Shown: positions 1-14,740, counted from the first letter of the stretch. The stretch is DNA of 64,000 nucleotides from Massalongia carnosa (GCA_965645245.1 OZ287077.1:1922001-1986000); one strand, 5' to 3'. Made by a program: numbers and translations. Notes: generated by a model from the sequence alone, not told the origin.

Positions 1-1513
1 GCGACAGGCTACTCGAACCGAGAACGATGCTTTCGGGGATGTTCAGGTGCCTTCGGACAAGTACTGGGGAGCGCAGACGCAGCGGTCTTTGGAGAATTTC
101 AAAATCAATCAACCCCAAGATCGCATGCCTCCACCAATAATCAGAGCATTCGGTATCCTCAAAGGCGCAGCGGCCAGGGTGAATAGAACTTTTGGGCTTG
201 GTAAACCAGTCAACCCTTCGGATTGAGAACCGTAGCTGAGATATGCCAAGACCCCAAGATTGGCAAAGCGATACAGCAGGCTGCAGAGGAGGTTGCCTCC
301 CTAAAACTCATCGATCACTTTCCGTTGGTGGTATGGCAGACAGGATCGGGAACACAATCGAATATGAATGCCAATGAAGTTATATCAAATCGGGCCATTG
401 AGATTCTAGGAGGGGAAATGGGCTCAAAAAAGCCTGTTCATCCTAACGATCATGTCAACATGTCTGCGTCATCCAACGATACTTTCCCAACCGTCATGCA
501 TATTGCTTCCGTTTTGGAGATTGAAGAATCGCTACTGCCAAGCTTGGGGAGTCTACGAGATGCCTTGAAGATGAAAAGTGAACAGTTCTCGAAGCTCGTC
601 AAGATTGGACGAACCCATCTGCAAGACGCTACGCCATTGACATTGGGGCAGGAGTTTTCTGGCTATGTGACTCAACTAGATCGCGGGATCGAACGTGTAG
701 AAGCAACACTTCCTCATTTACGACTTTTGGCACAGGGTGGAACAGCAGTAGGCACAGGTCTAAATACTTTCGAAGGCTTTGCTGAAGCAGTTGCGGATGA
801 AGTCAGCAAAATAACCGGTACGGGATTCAAGACCGCGCCGAATAAGTTTGAAGCCCTTGCGTCACATGATACCTTAGTTCACGCATCGGCGGCTCTCAGT
901 ACCTTGTCAGTCTCCCTTTTCAAAATAGCCAATGACATAAGGTACTTAGGGTCCGGACCCCGTTGTGGTTTGGGTGAGCTACGTCTCCCGGAAAATGAGC
1001 CTGGATCGTCCATCATGCCTGGCAAAGTAAATCCGACTCAGTGTGAAGCGCTCACGATGATTTGTGCCCAGGTAATAGGAAACCATACAGCTATGACCGT
1101 GTCAGGCATGAGTGGCCAATTTGAGTTAAACGTGTTCAAGCCCGTTATTATAAGAAATCTGCTGCACAGCATACGGATTTTAAGTGATGGAATGAGCAGT
1201 TTCGAAAAACATCTGGTGATAGGAATCGAAGCGGATGAGGACAGGATCAGCGAACTTTTAGAGAAAAGGTCGGTTTCATTCCATCCATCGTCGAATGGAT
1301 CAATTATCGCTGACCGAGACAAACAGCCTTATGCTCGTTACAAGTTTAAACCCGATCATTGGGTATGATATGGCTTCCAAGGTTGCAAAGAACGCATATA
1401 AGAAAGGGCTGACGCTGAAAGAGAGCGCGATGGAGCTCAAAGCATTGAGTGAAGAGGATTTCGACAAACACGTTGACCCAAGCCTAATGTTGAGTCCTAA
1501 GGAAAGGAAATGA
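1..1513 (+). CDS. FUM1: Class II fumarate hydratase, 5'-partial, two introns (~201-251, ~1269-1328)
   Basis: Frame 2 from base 2 reads [26 protein letters not shown]. The signature [11 protein letters not shown] and the motifs [11 protein letters not shown] and GRTHLQDA are present. The last exon [15 protein letters not shown]...KERK ends at TGA 1513. Confidence 0.97.
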
Positions 1514-1779
1514 TCATTGCTTTCAGAAGAGATCTGGATTCTTTCTTTATTAGACATATCGCAAACCTTTGTTATGTTCATATTGCCTGGTGTATCAGGA
1601 TTAAGATCCTACTTTGGAAAAGGGGCACCTTTGCTTATGTAAACTTTAGTTAGGTAGTTGACGGCGCGTAGTAGGCACACACGGCACACACTCACGTTAA
1701 ATTAAGCGAGTCACGTCTCGTAATCCACTACATCACGTCAAAGTTTTCTACTTGATTTGTGAGATTAAACTTGTTCAAC

Positions 1780-4700
1780 ATGCCTTCCGCAACGAGTCCT
1801 CGCAGAAGAAAGAGGGAGATTAGTTCCAACGAGCATGAAAATCATGATTTATCCACGCTTATTACTGCTTCCTCCAGCACCAACAAAAGAGCTCGTCTCA
1901 CCCTCAACGGCGACACGTCGCAATCAACACTCCGATCGCTGCTGTCTCCGGAGAACAGCGCGCATTCAAGCCATACGCTGCAGGCGGAGAATGTGCACCC
2001 GAGAACCTCTGCGAGGAAGCACCAACCAGGATCGATCGTTCGAGTGAAGCTCTCGAACTTTGTTACATACACCGACGTTGAATTTTTCCCTGGACCAAGC
2101 TTAAATATGGTCATCGGGCCTAATGGGACTGGTAAGAGCACACTTGTTTGCGCAATCTGTCTGGGGTTGGGATGGGGTCCTCAGGTGAAGACTAAATCGC
2201 GAAAGATTTGGGTTCGGCATCGGCTGACAAAAGTATAGCATCTCGGGCGAGCGAAGGATATTTCGGAATACGTCAAGCACGGGTTCACGGAGGCTACTAT
2301 CGAAATTGAGCTTGCGGGTGACGGGAAGCGGTTTAAGGGGAAGAACATTATTGTCCAATGCAACATCAAGCGTGAGGGCAACAAAAGCATATTTTCTCTG
2401 AATGGAAAGCCTTCCAGTAAAAAGGCCGTTGTTGAAGCCGCCAAGTCATTTTCGATCCAAATCGACAATTTGTGCCAATTCCTACCTCAAGATAAGGTGG
2501 TGGAGTTCGCGGCGATGACGCCAATAGAGCTTTTAAAGTCTACCCAAAGGGCCGTGGCGTCGCAGGAAATGATTGACATGCATGATGATCTCAAGGAACT
2601 CAGGCATCAGCAAAAGGAAGTTCAGGCAAATCAAATCTCCAACCAAGATACGCTTGTCAACCTCGAAGGGCGGCAACGAATGCAAGAAGCGGATGTTGAG
2701 AGGATGAGGGAAAGGGAACAAATCAAGGAGCGCGTGAGATTATTGGAGGCTTCCCGTCCGTTCGCCAAATACCGAGGAGCACGCACAAAACACAAAGAAG
2801 CTAAAGAAAAAAGGAAGCAAATTGCCACGGAATTAAAGAGGTTAGAGGAAGAAGTTGAGCCGGCTCTGCGGGCTGTGAACGAGAAGCAGCAATATCAGGC
2901 TGAGATAGAGGTTGCTGTCAAACAACGACGGCTCGCGGTCGACAAGTCAGATCGTGACGCTCAGTTGTTGGATAAGAAAGTCGGAACCTTGGCTGACCGG
3001 GCAGATGAGCTAGCCAAAGAAAGGGAGGCAGAAATCAATAGCAGCAAGCAAGACAAACAAGCTATAGCGCGGGCCGAGCAAATAACCCTTCGCCTAAAAA
3101 AACAGTTGGAGGAGAAGCCACCGGACTTGGATGTTGCCTCTTGCAACGAGCAAATTGTAAGGCTCATACCATCCACATTTGCCTTCAGTAGCTGATAATT
3201 TCAGCGTGAGAAAATTCGAGCAGCAGATGATTGCAAAAGGGAGGTAACGGCTTTCCAAAGAGCTCAAGAGGAAAACACTCGACAAGGTAGGGATAGGCAA
3301 GCGCGTATTGAAGGAGCGAGGAATGACATTGCAAGTCTCGAGTCTCAAGCTGGACAGCAGGATAGGAAGTTAAAAAAGATATCCTATGATACATGGAAAG
3401 CCTGGGAGTGGCTTCAGAATCACCGGCAGGAATTTGAGAAGCCTGTCTTTGGACCAGCAATCGTGGAGTGTTCCGTTACTGATCCGAAGTATGTGGATAT
3501 GGTGGAGACGCTATTTCAGAAGAACAGCTTCCTCGCATTTACTGTGCAATCGAACGACGACTTTAAGAGATTACAAAAGCAAGCCCATGACCATATGCAC
3601 CTGTCAGAGATCAACATCAAAGTGATGGTAGGCGGTCTTGATAAGTTTCCACCGCCGATCGATTCAGAAGAGCTGAAGCACTACGGCTTTCAGGGTTGGG
3701 CTCTGGACTTTCTCAATGGTCCAGAGCCTGTGTTGGCTGGGTTATGTCATGAGCTGAGACTTCATCGGACTGCTGTCTCTCTGCAGGACACATCCACCCA
3801 ACAATATGACCGTCTGCAAAACAGTCCAATTGACAGTTGGATCACTGCCAAGTCAAGCTACAATATTACTCGACGCAGAGAATATGGAACTGGCGCAACA
3901 TCTACGCGAGTAAGAGATGTACGACGTGCGACTGTGTGGACCGATCAACCGGTGGATCTTACGGCGAAGCGCGAATTACAAGAAAACATAGATGGCTGGG
4001 GCGAGGAGGTGCTGGCTTTTCAAGCAAAGAACGTTGAAGCTCAGAATGAGATTGACCGGCTTAGGGATGAAATACGCACCAAGCAACATGAGATTGTTCG
4101 TAAATTGTGAAAGTATGGGTCAAGTTTGCGCGTGCTGACTTTGAAAACAGAATAAGATGCAGGATGAAAAAGCGACCACGCAAAAAGTACTCGGAGAATT
4201 CAAAGCTCTCCCAACTAAGCTTGGTAGGTATTTACCGCGACCAAAAAAACCCATCAGATTTGCTAATCCATAATAGCTCAACAGGAAGAGAAAATTGCCC
4301 AGGCTCAAGGATCATTGGCTAGTATGAGAGAACGTATTCGAGTCGTTGACGAGAAACATGATGCTATAACCATAGAGAGAGGACAGGCTGTCTTAGACTA
4401 CGCTGTACGTAAAAATCCTATGCCCGTATCTATACCTTTACTAATAGAACTTGTATAGAATGCGGTGGATAGACTCCGTCAATTACATGGTCATCTTCAC
4501 GAAGCGGAGATTATGCTGATTGAAGCTTCGTCTGATCTTACCATCTTGATGGAACGCAATAGCTCCGTCAAAGCCATGCTTGAAACCAAAGGGCGTGAGG
4601 TAGAGGCAATATATAAGGAAACTGAAGTTGCTTCCACCGAAGCCCGTCGCCTTCTTCAAATTTGCACACAGCTTATCGCTACGGAAGATAGTACATTGAA

Positions 4701-5591
4701 AGACTTCTTTGAATCCTTGCCTCAGGGCCAAACCAGTGAGGAGCTTGAGGCCGAGATTGAAAGCGAGTCTGCAAGGCTTGAACTCATGCACGAGGGCAAC
4801 GGGGGAGTGATTCGAGAATTTGAGCAACGACAAAAGCGCATCGACGCCATCAAAGCCAAGCTCGAAGAAATCGACCACAGTCTCAACGAGCTCGGCGGGA
4901 AGATTAAAGAGATCCGGGACCGATGGGAGCCGGAGCTGGACAAGTTGGTTGGGCAGATCAGCAACTCCTTCTCGTTTAATATGTGCCAAATCAGCTGCGC
5001 TGGTGAGGTCGCTGTCTTCAAGGACGAGGACGACTTTGATCAATGGGCTATTCAGATTCGAGTAAAATTCAGGTAAGAAAGGAGGTCTACCCCTGCGTTT
5101 CAACGCTAATACCAATGCCTAGAGAATCGGAACCGCTAACGACGCTTGATTCGCACCGCCAATCGGGTGGCGAGCGTGCCGTCTCCACTATCTTCTACCT
5201 TATGTCGCTCCAATCCCTTACCCGCAGCCCATTCCGGGTTGTGGACGAAATCAACCAAGGCATGGATCCGCGCAACGAACGCCTGGTACACAAGCGCATG
5301 GTGGGCATCGCCTGCGGGTCCGACGACTCAGCCGCGCTCGCAACTAGCGTGCCAGATGAGGGTGAGGAGCAATGGCGCGGCGGCGGCGGCGGCGGCAGCC
5401 AGTATTTTCTTATCACGCCCAAGTTGCTTCATGGGCTCGAGTATGCGCGCGGGATGCAAGTGCTGTGCATTGCTTCTGGGGAGTACATGCCGAAGCAGCA
5501 GAGCCGGATTGATTTCAAGGGCTGCGTGGACCTGGCGAGAAGGTTGAAGGCAGATAAAGTGCCGTTTGGCGTGGCGGTACGGGCGGGATGA
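1780..5591 (+). CDS. SMC5: Structural maintenance of chromosomes protein 5, multi-exon
   Basis: Walker A GPNGTGKS, then CQFLPQDKV, long coiled coils, [14 protein letters not shown], Walker B/D-loop [12 protein letters not shown] and [14 protein letters not shown] introns join the ORF pieces. Confidence 0.96.
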
Positions 5592-6485
5592 ATCTGTTTT
5601 GGCGTTTCATCTGGTCGTTACCCTGGTGGTCTGATAGGGATGTTTGCGGACGGGGTGATTTTGATTTACGAGCGGCTCCATATCCGGATGGGGAAGGACA
5701 GTTTCCACTATTTCATGAGCACCAAGAGCCCCTTTAGTCCCCGACGTGTTACATCCAGATGCTTTCCTTAGCTTGTGGTTTCCCCCCACACTGTTCAGGC
5801 GGGCTTCTATTGGCGGGGTTTTGTGGATTCATGCATGCTTGTGCATGCGTTCCCCACACTTGGCGCATCATGTTCGTCGCATAGGAAGGCAGGTGAGTAC
5901 TCCGTACTCTGTACCCATCCACTCACTCAGATCGAGATGACGCTATTCCGTTCCTGTCAACCCCCGCTCTTCCCTTGCGGCTATTCACGGCTATAATACC
6001 TCCCAAGTAACTGTACTCTATGTTGATCGCCATCATGATAACCGCATGGACTTACGTTCGGCTGCCCAATCCCAATCGGAAGATAATATAGCGACAGCTA
6101 ACATCTCTGACGAGCGTTGATTACTTTTTCGGATCTATCGCCTAGATGGTCGTCGAACCCGCCTCCCTCTCGGGCATCTGGACCGTGACAAGCCTCTCTT
6201 CGTTTGCATGTCATACCAGCTAGGCCAGAGCTTGCAGCACCATGACTGCATGTACCCTTTTGTGGGCCCGGGTCTTCTGCGGATATCCTTTGCTACTATA
6301 GCGAGGTTATTTCAAAAGGATGCGAGTGGAGAATCATTGCGGCGCGGAATCACTGCTACCTTGTGATCATTACGGTGGTTATGCTGCAACCCTTACTTTG
6401 ATGATTGATGTATTCGAGTCCTTGCTGCTCCAAAACTTGACATATACGATATCTCCAATTGCTCTGGCAGTATTGAATTCCCATC

Positions 6486-8738
6486 ATGACGTCGGGTTCA
6501 AGTGATTCGATGCCGTTGTCAACCACCGAAAAGCCAAGTGGTCGCATGCACACGGTCCATACGAATGAACGCGTCCCTGAACATACCAATTACTACGAAA
6601 AGGATGGTCTGCGAACTGAAGGCGACGATGAGGATCACGCCCACGAGCCTCCAGTACGGCTGAACTCCATGAGCACAACAGGATAGCTAACATTTCACGG
6701 AGTTATCCATGTCAAGGCTCATGTCATTGATCGCAATGGCATTTCTTTGGGTTGGCTCTCAGATTCCTCTCTACATTTTCGGTATGAACGACGAATCTTC
6801 GTGGTGGGGTTTTGGTGGTATTGTGCCGTGAGTTGACAGGATGACAGGCGCTATTCCCCCTTACATTTACAGAGATATTGGTGGTGGGGATCGATGGATA
6901 TGGTTTGTACGGGGAGCCGACAAAACAATTCCAGCCAACATCTTGCTAACTTTCTTCAGGTGCTTGCCAATCTTCTATCACTTGCGGCGGTCTGCCCGTT
7001 TGTGGGATCTCTGTCAGACCTAATTGGTCGTCGTTATGTTGCGTTAACGGGTGGATTCTTCCTCATCCTTGGAATGATTGTTGCATCCACTGCAAAGAGC
7101 ATGAACATTTTCATTTGCAAGTTCCTGAAAGCCTACATCTCCGTTGAATTGAGAGCTGAATTAGGAATCCACAGGCGGCATGGCTCTAGCAGGAGTGGGC
7201 GCAGGAATAAATGAGCTCACTGCCTTGGCCGTCACATCCGAACTAGCACCCACACGGAAACGCGGAATCTACGTTGCTATACTGGTATTCACCATTCTTC
7301 CATTCACCCCGAGCGTGCTCTGGGGTCAACTAATCGCCTCGCACGCGGGATGGCGATACTGCGGTGCCCTTTGTGGCGCGTGGGCTGCAGTTGGGTTTGT
7401 CATGACGGCGGTATTCTATTTCCCGCCACCGAGAGTGAACTCGCAGGGTTTGACTAGAAAGCAAATTCTGGGCCAGATCGACTACATAGGGGGGTTCCTC
7501 AGCGTTTCGGGTATGATTCTGTTCATGGCTGGTGAGTGTAAAGTATTCCTGGGTGGCGTCTGTCAGCTAACAAGCAAAGGCCTGCAATGGGGAGGATATC
7601 AGGTACGCGGATCATTTTCTGGAAACTCAATCTGTCTAACATATAAAAGTACAAATGGAAATCCTCACACGTACTCGCTCCTCTGATTCTCGGCGCATTC
7701 CTCCTGCTGGCCTTTGTGTTTTGGGAGATCAAAGGCGCTAAATATCCCATGTTCCCCTCACGATTGAGGCAAAGCCCTCGAATCCTTGCGCTGACCCTCG
7801 TCATTACCTTCATCTCCGGCGCCAACTTCTTCTCCGTGCTCCTTTTTTGGCCTACCCAGTCATTCAACATGTATGGCCATGACCCGGTCGGGGTAGGTCT
7901 TCGGGGGCTTCCGATAGGCTTGAGTATCTTGACGGGAGCCTTTGTGGTTCTTTGGTTGCTCAGTGTGCTGAGGGGACACAATCGAGAACTAATGATTGCG
8001 TCGTCGGTGCTGATGACTACCGGTATGATTTTCTTCGATTTAACAGGCAGTTGGAACGCTAACCGAGTGTAGGAATTGGTTCCCTGGCTGTGGCGCGTAC
8101 TGATAACCTTCATGTTTTATGGGGACTTCTTGCGCTGGCAGGTCTCGGGATCGGGGGTATTGTCGTCCCAGCGTCCATCATTACAACTATCATATGTCCA
8201 GATGTATGTCGATGAAGCTTTCCTGGAACCGTCCCACGCTCTCTCCTATCCAAATCCCCTTGTCTCGGGCTACCCACCGACTGCCCCTAACCAAACACTT
8301 GCTGATTTCCCTGACCCTATCCAGGACCTTATTGCTACCGTCGCAGCCCTAACGCTCGCCATCCGCGTTATCGGCGGCAGCATCGGCTATACAACCTACT
8401 ACAACGTCTTCATTAATAAATTTATCCCACGCGTCACCACGCACGTCGGCGGCGCCATGGCGCTCGGCCTCAACATCACCAACGCCACCTACATCCGCCA
8501 AGCCATCCTCCTCACCGGCGCTTCGCTGCTCGACGAGCTCGCCCTCATCCCCGGCCTCGCCGGCAACGAGACCGCGCTCGCCATCGTCGTCAAGGCAGGG
8601 CAGGAGGCCTTCTCGGAAAGTTATCGCTGGGTGTATTTGGTTAGCGTAGCGTTTGGCGCCGTCAGCATTGTCGCCGCTTGCTGTTTGGGGGATATCAGTC
8701 AGTATATGGACGATCATGTTGCGGTCGTGATGCATTGA
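6486..8738 (+). CDS. MFS transporter, fungal TRI12 / 14-TMS drug- or siderophore-transporter-like family, multi-exon
   Basis: MFS motif A-like GSLSDLIGRR, plus ELAPTRKRG, WRY, IDYIGGFL and AFSESYRWVYLVSVAFG. Many hydrophobic helices across the spliced exons. Confidence 0.88.
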
Positions 8739-9189
8739 GTATAGTGTTGGGGCGGGGAGCCTTTTTATCATTTCCTAGCTGTGGGCATTCTCCTTCCGAG
8801 GAAAGGGTTCCTTGCCTCCCTTTCCCTCATGATCAGAAACTTCAGCACAAAGGGAATAAGGCGCAGGGCCACCCACTACTTTGTAAACTCCTAAATGTAA
8901 CTCTTGTATTTTAACCAAACAAGTCAACAAATGGAATCGCGACGATAGGGTAGCCATTGCTTGACGATGATGATGAGAAGAGAAGAAGAGAAACCGAGCC
9001 TGCTTTCGACAATGCAATCGACGGAAACATCTCACCTCATCACTTCGTGAGTCTTGTTATTATGTACAGTATAATCGATTAAATCCAATAGCTGTCTATT
9101 TCTTCTGTTTAAGTCTACTCTAAACCGCGCTCACCGGCAAAATTCTCGTTCACATCACACTTTGTTCCATCTTTTTGCTCGAAGTTTTT

Positions 9190-10800
9190 TTTTCATACTC
9201 TATTCCGTCCTGTAAAATTAACATAAAATAAAGTCAAGAAAAAACAAAAGAAAACAAGCGAAAGAAGGGAAGAGAAGGGAAGAGGAGAGAAGAGGAGAGA
9301 AGCGGGGGGTTTCCGGAACGGGGATAATGGTTTCATGTCGGCGTGGATAGAGCGCGGTAGAAATTGTAGGAGTGGGTAGTAGTGATATGTGTGGGACGGG
9401 TTGGTTGATAGGTGGGTATATGGGTAGGTGAGTAGATTGGAAGGTGAATAGGAGCGGGGATCATGCAGAATGTGTGCGTGCGTATCTGACAGGATCATGC
9501 AGGATCTTTGAAAGGGGAGTCTCGTGAAGGAACGGGGGAGAGGGGGATGGGGAATTTTTGCGGTGGTTAAGAATATTGAGAAAGGGAGATAGATTTTGGA
9601 AGAGGGAAGAAAGAAGACTTAAGAGAAAGAGGAAATGAGGAAGCGAAAAGGAAGAAGATGCGAGGAACAATCGATAAATGCGACAATAGATGATCTTACT
9701 TTGAAAAGAAGAGTTCAACCGGATGATAAAAGGAATGCTTGTGCGGGGAATGTTGAGAAGAAGTCTTCCAAGGCTGAATTAAGTAATTCGAATAAATGAT
9801 AGAAAATGTCGATCGAGTTGACATGATAGATCGCTGGGACGGCACAGCTGAGAAATGGGCTAGGTGGTGCCAAGAGGTGAAGAGGGAGAAGTCAATTCGG
9901 AGTGTTCATGGAGGTTGTGGGAGCGGGAAGGGAGGGGAGGCTAATGAGTTAGAGAGGAAGAGAAGAAGGAGAGATACCCAGATAAGTGGTCTTTTGATGT
10001 TCTTCTTCGTCTTTTTCTGCTCATCAAAAGAACCTTTCTTCATGAAAAAGAAACCGAAATTGAGAAATGGAAAAACTATGTTCGTGAATTTGTAGATGAA
10101 GTCGTATTGACATTGGTGTATTCTACATAAAGAGTATGAGAGAGGAATGATGATGATAAATAACACTGAGCAAGAACAGGATTCGAAAGATGAGAGGAAG
10201 AAGGGAAGTGCCGATGTCAGGATTTTGAAAGTCAGGGGGGGGGGGGGGGATGGATGCGGATTGGGGACGAGGATGGGCATCGGAAAAAGAGAAGGTCGAG
10301 ATGAATGATGAGAAGGGGAAGAAAGGGGAAGAGGATTAGGATTTGAACGATGATGATGACGACGATAATGGTGATGTTTAGGGGAAAAAACACCGAGAAA
10401 AAGGGAGACAAATGCTGATAAAAGATATACGGCAAGAATAGATGAAAGACGGGATTCTCGAAAGAAAAGAAAGGGAAAAGATTGTTGATGATGGGGATTC
10501 TGGAAGAGGAGGGATTAATGACGGTAAGGGATTGCATGCTGTATTAAATTAAGGGGGAAAAGAAAGGAGGGTTGAATTTGGGATTTGGATTTGGAGTTTT
10601 GGGGGAGGGGATGAAATGAATGAGAAGGATTGATAGGAAAGATGAGAGGAGAGGGGTTTTAGGGCTTGGGGATTGTTGTGGCTCGATGGGAGATGTTGAT
10701 GGTGGATGGTGGTAATGAAAGAATGGGAGACGTTGCGATTTGGCTGGGAAGGATACTGCATAGAGATATATATTAGTCTAAACTCGACCTTGATAGAATG
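9190..10800. repeat. Purine-rich low-complexity tract (A/G-rich on + strand, poly-G run)
   Basis: Runs of GAA/GGA/GAT and a ~15-nt G run near 10235. Its ORFs are compositionally biased with no motifs. Confidence 0.6.
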
Positions 10801-10922
10801 CCGGCTCTGGTTTTCCATGAAGATACGAGATGTGAGCCTTTGTGTCTCGATCGAACTGAATAATGTATATATAGGACCAGGCCCACACTCCCCCAGATTC
10901 TCCACCACGGCCCAACCCCCCC

Positions 10923-12035
10923 TTAAACGGAAAACGCACCGCCGAGTCTAGCCACCATCAGCAAAAAGCGATTCTACAGTAGTTGGGCCGCAAAATGCGC
11001 TTACAGAATAGCCGGCTCCTCAATACTGTTATGTTCGTAGCTGCGCAAATCCTGCCATCAGCGGCCATCTCTCCAGGGGGGGTGGTATCGATCCCTCCTC
11101 ACCTTAACGTGCCCACACCCCCCGCTTGCGCAAGCAAATTGTTACCAGTTAGCAAGTTTCCGAAGCAGATTAAAAAGGGCGAGCCCACACCTTCTAATAC
11201 GAGCGCTACGCCCTCGGTTAGTTCCTTTTTGATCCAGCGCATGGCGAATGCGCGAAGGATGTGGCCGTGAGCTACGATTAGCACGTCGCTGGCGGTTGTA
11301 TTGTCTTTAAGCTTGCTGAACGCGTCTTGATGATAACGGCTTCGTATGTCTTCGATTATTCTATCTAGCCGCGTCGTAACGTCCTTGGGAGACCTGTTCG
11401 TAACCAAAAAGGGAAAAAGAATGCGAAGTCAGATTTTCTTCTGTAAAAAACGCTGTCCTCTCTTTCCCCTAAACCTAGTCCAGTCCGTCGGAGATATATA
11501 GGGACATACTCTCCTCCCGGACACCCATCGCGCCAGATATCCCACACCGGTTCCCCATTCTGCTTCCGCTGCTCGCGGATCTGAGCGCTTGTCAAGCCTT
11601 CGTAAGCGCCGTAGTCCCATTCTCGGATGTCATCTGTGACCTGCACTTGGGCCCACGTGCGGATTTCTTTGTCGGCGTACGGGCGGTGATCTTGCCAGGG
11701 GAATTTATCGGCGCAGCAGAGGCCTAGAAGCTCGAGCGTACGTTGGGCTCGGCGGCGGGGCGACACGTATCTGCGGAGTGGATGGGTGGAGTTATTTAAC
11801 ATGGATTGGAAAATCACCCATTTTGAAACCGTAGACTTATAGGAGGAAACGCATACATGTGAGCGAGATGTTTTGGGTTAATCAGTCGGTTGTCTCCCAC
11901 AAGCGCTTCACCGGTTGCTTGAATTCTTTTCTCCCCATTTGCTGTCAGAGGAAGTTCCGTGGTTCCTGTGTGCCTGCCGTTGAGGGACCACTCTGTCTCG
12001 CCATGACGAATTATGAAGACCCGGGGGGTGATCAT
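10923..12035 (-). CDS. Histidine phosphatase / phosphoglycerate mutase family protein, sedoheptulose-1,7-bisphosphatase (Shb17)-like
   Basis: Motifs [28 protein letters not shown] and VAHGHILR. The last exons give [20 protein letters not shown], with the stop at 10923-10925. Confidence 0.9.
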
Positions 12036-12521
12036 CGTCGAGCCTGTTAGGGGAGATCGCCCAATGATTGCACCCGTGAAGATCGAAGGTTTGAAGATGC
12101 GAAAAGCCTGCAGTTACTCTATACTTCAATTGTACGAGATGAATTGGCTTCTAGGACTCGGCTTGGAGCTTGCTGTGGCATTGACGTCTTTCCCGGTATT
12201 CCCTCCAACCGGAATTCTGCGGCACTGCGCATGATAAGCGACCACTTCTCATACCATATGCGTCCATAGCCAAATGATTGAGATCCCCTTCTGCCATTGT
12301 CTGTCGTTCGTATTCCGTAGGTGCATTCATGAATCCAAGTCTCACGTGATCTGCGTGACGGGAAAGTGATGTCCCGGCTAAACTCCGGCGTTCTAGATTC
12401 GCCTATAGTTACTCCTCTTGTGGACAAATCACATAAATAATACAAATACCCCTCCCACCAAATTTCTTCTTCCTTCCTTAACCTTACAAATCCTCATATT
12501 TCTCATCTCTGTATACGAAAG

Positions 12522-12859
12522 ATGTCCAAACCAAAAAAAGCTCGTACAGTCATATTGACAGCCTCTATTGCAATGATTACGGCTACTGGCGCTTGGTATG
12601 GCGCTGGACTGAAGACTCGACAAGAACTGAAGAAGGTGTGTAGTCTTGGTATCAATGGACTTCTAGTCTTTTATAGTTACTTCATTGATATGAATCTAAT
12701 GTATAATAGGACATCAGAACAAAGAGAGAAGCTACACCAGCTGAAATCATTGCGCATCTGGAAGAATCTCGAAGTGGCCTGATCGCCAAAAGAATTGGAC
12801 TTGAGAGAAAGATAACTGAGCTTGAAGAACGGCAGCAAAAGGCAAAAGACATGTCTTGA
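12522..12859 (+). CDS. Small single-TM plus coiled-coil protein (~87 aa), uncharacterised
   Basis: Exon 1 MSKPKKARTVILTASIAMITATGAWYGAGLKTRQELKK, an intron GTGTGT..CTAAT..TAG (~12636-12709), then exon 2 DIRTKREATPAEIIAHLEESR...KDMS and stop. Confidence 0.75.
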
Positions 12860-14740
12860 ACGCGGTAAAGGATTCTTACGATAGAGATGAAAATGCGTCA
12901 AGCTCTCAGCATGGATTCAATCAATGAAGAAGAACAAACGCTGTCTCATCATCATGTAAGTATGTTAAAATTCTTCGAATTTTTAAATGGTAGCGGATCC
13001 TATAATGTCTCTTAAAGCTTCATATGTGTTGAACGTCAACTCATACTTCGGACAATGGGTGCTTCCGCTCATGTCCATCAACACTTGATGTTGCATGCCT
13101 GCATGTCCCAAGATCGCCCTTTTATTGTCCTCAAGCTATAAGATGCGATGGTTGAGTTTTCTTGAAACCGCCCAACGACGAACGCTTCGTTTGCCATTGT
13201 GGGCATGATAAGATCCCGAAATCACCGACGACCTATAAGAAACGATTCAAATTATACTTTTCATTAGTTGCATTAATCCATGCTACTGGTAAGGAGATTC
13301 GGGGGAGCCAAAAGATTATATTTGAGCGCCCCAAGCATGCGAGTTTATCTCATTTGTGGTATACTATTCCTTTGGGCTGATTCGCCCAACAAAGCAGGGA
13401 TAAAGCTTGCGCCAGTGCTCTTACCTTGATTCATGGCTGAACAAGTTCTTCAAATTTCATGAGAGGATCAATTCTCCAGTGGACTGAACTCGAATAACCT
13501 AATGGGTTATTAAGCATCCCTTATCTTTTTTATATATGGTCCTTTGTGAAGCACTTGCTTGAAGTCGGTTTGGAGTTGTGCTTTAAAGATAGCTAAGTGC
13601 CGTTACTTGAAAATACGTAAGGCTCTCTAAGACTAAAGTATATTATATGCGCCCATCCAAGAAATCGCAAGGACCTTTCATTGCTCATTGAGCCCTCGAA
13701 CGGGCGGTTGAGACAGCATCAAACACCGACCAAGTGTGGAAGTCCTTTCCCCCTGGGGAATAATATCCCTGGAAACCAAACAACTACAGAACGGTCAAAT
13801 AAGGGGGGGTTTGTCGTTTGTGTGCTTGACTTGCAAGCAGGTCATGTCGTAGGAAGCAGAAACAGGAAACTTTCTTGTTCTTATCAGGCCATGTATCTAA
13901 GATGGCGGCCATAACAAGTTCCTCAGCAACTGCTGGATTCCTAAATCTAAAGAATGGTCAAAAGATCATTGTTGAGATTAAACATCCTTCAACCCAAACG
14001 TCATTGGCAAACTAGAGGATGATAGCTCGATGGTTGAACTAACGAGCTTTGCTATCAATGCTTCCCGCAGATTCAAATGGATCATTATATAAAATGTAAC
14101 CCGGTGGGCTAGTCGTTCTATTTCGTTTATATTGTCGGTCATTCTCGCAGCCATATGATAACTTGGCCGTGCTTCGTTGTCTTCACTTACCGCAAAATCC
14201 TCCGTCATCAGCAGCAGCCGTCGATGATTGAGGCAGCTCAACTAAGAATCTTCTAGTTAATATGCATTTGGAATGACAAATATGCTCTCCCTGGGTTGTT
14301 GCATATATCACATATATTATACATGTAAATGGCCATGTGCAATAGGAACACGTGCACAAGCTCCGAGATGATAATAGCATCATCATATTTCCATATGATG
14401 GTTCTTTCGATGGCTACCTAACAGTGGACAGTTTCCAAACTTTATGGTTGGATGGGTGCAAAGACATGATTCGCCACAGACTGTGGACCTATCACAATAA
14501 TATACGCACAAGATTTTGTGGCATTCTGATCAGGGTTCCCCGCCAGATCCATTGCAAGACCTTAGAGGTGGAGGGCCTGTACGCAGTGTAACTCCAGAAG
14601 AAGAATTTATATGAGGGAAAAGCCACGACAAGGAAAGAAGAAGAAAAATGGTACTCCTTCAAACAGTCAAAGAAGTTCCGGAAGCCGAGAAGGGGTGGCT
14701 CTGGCCTAAGGGCTTTGTTGTTAAGAACATAAAATGAGAT

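Noticed and set aside
4483..5115. 210-aa antisense ORF
   Set aside because: Overlaps an SMC5 coiled-coil exon on the opposite strand.
9193..10908. Hydrophobic minus-strand ORFs resembling membrane proteins
   Set aside because: F/L/S/P bias is explained by pyrimidine-rich low-complexity DNA.
13000..14730. Possible gene fragments
   Set aside because: Short protein-like pieces with stops; no family could be assigned.
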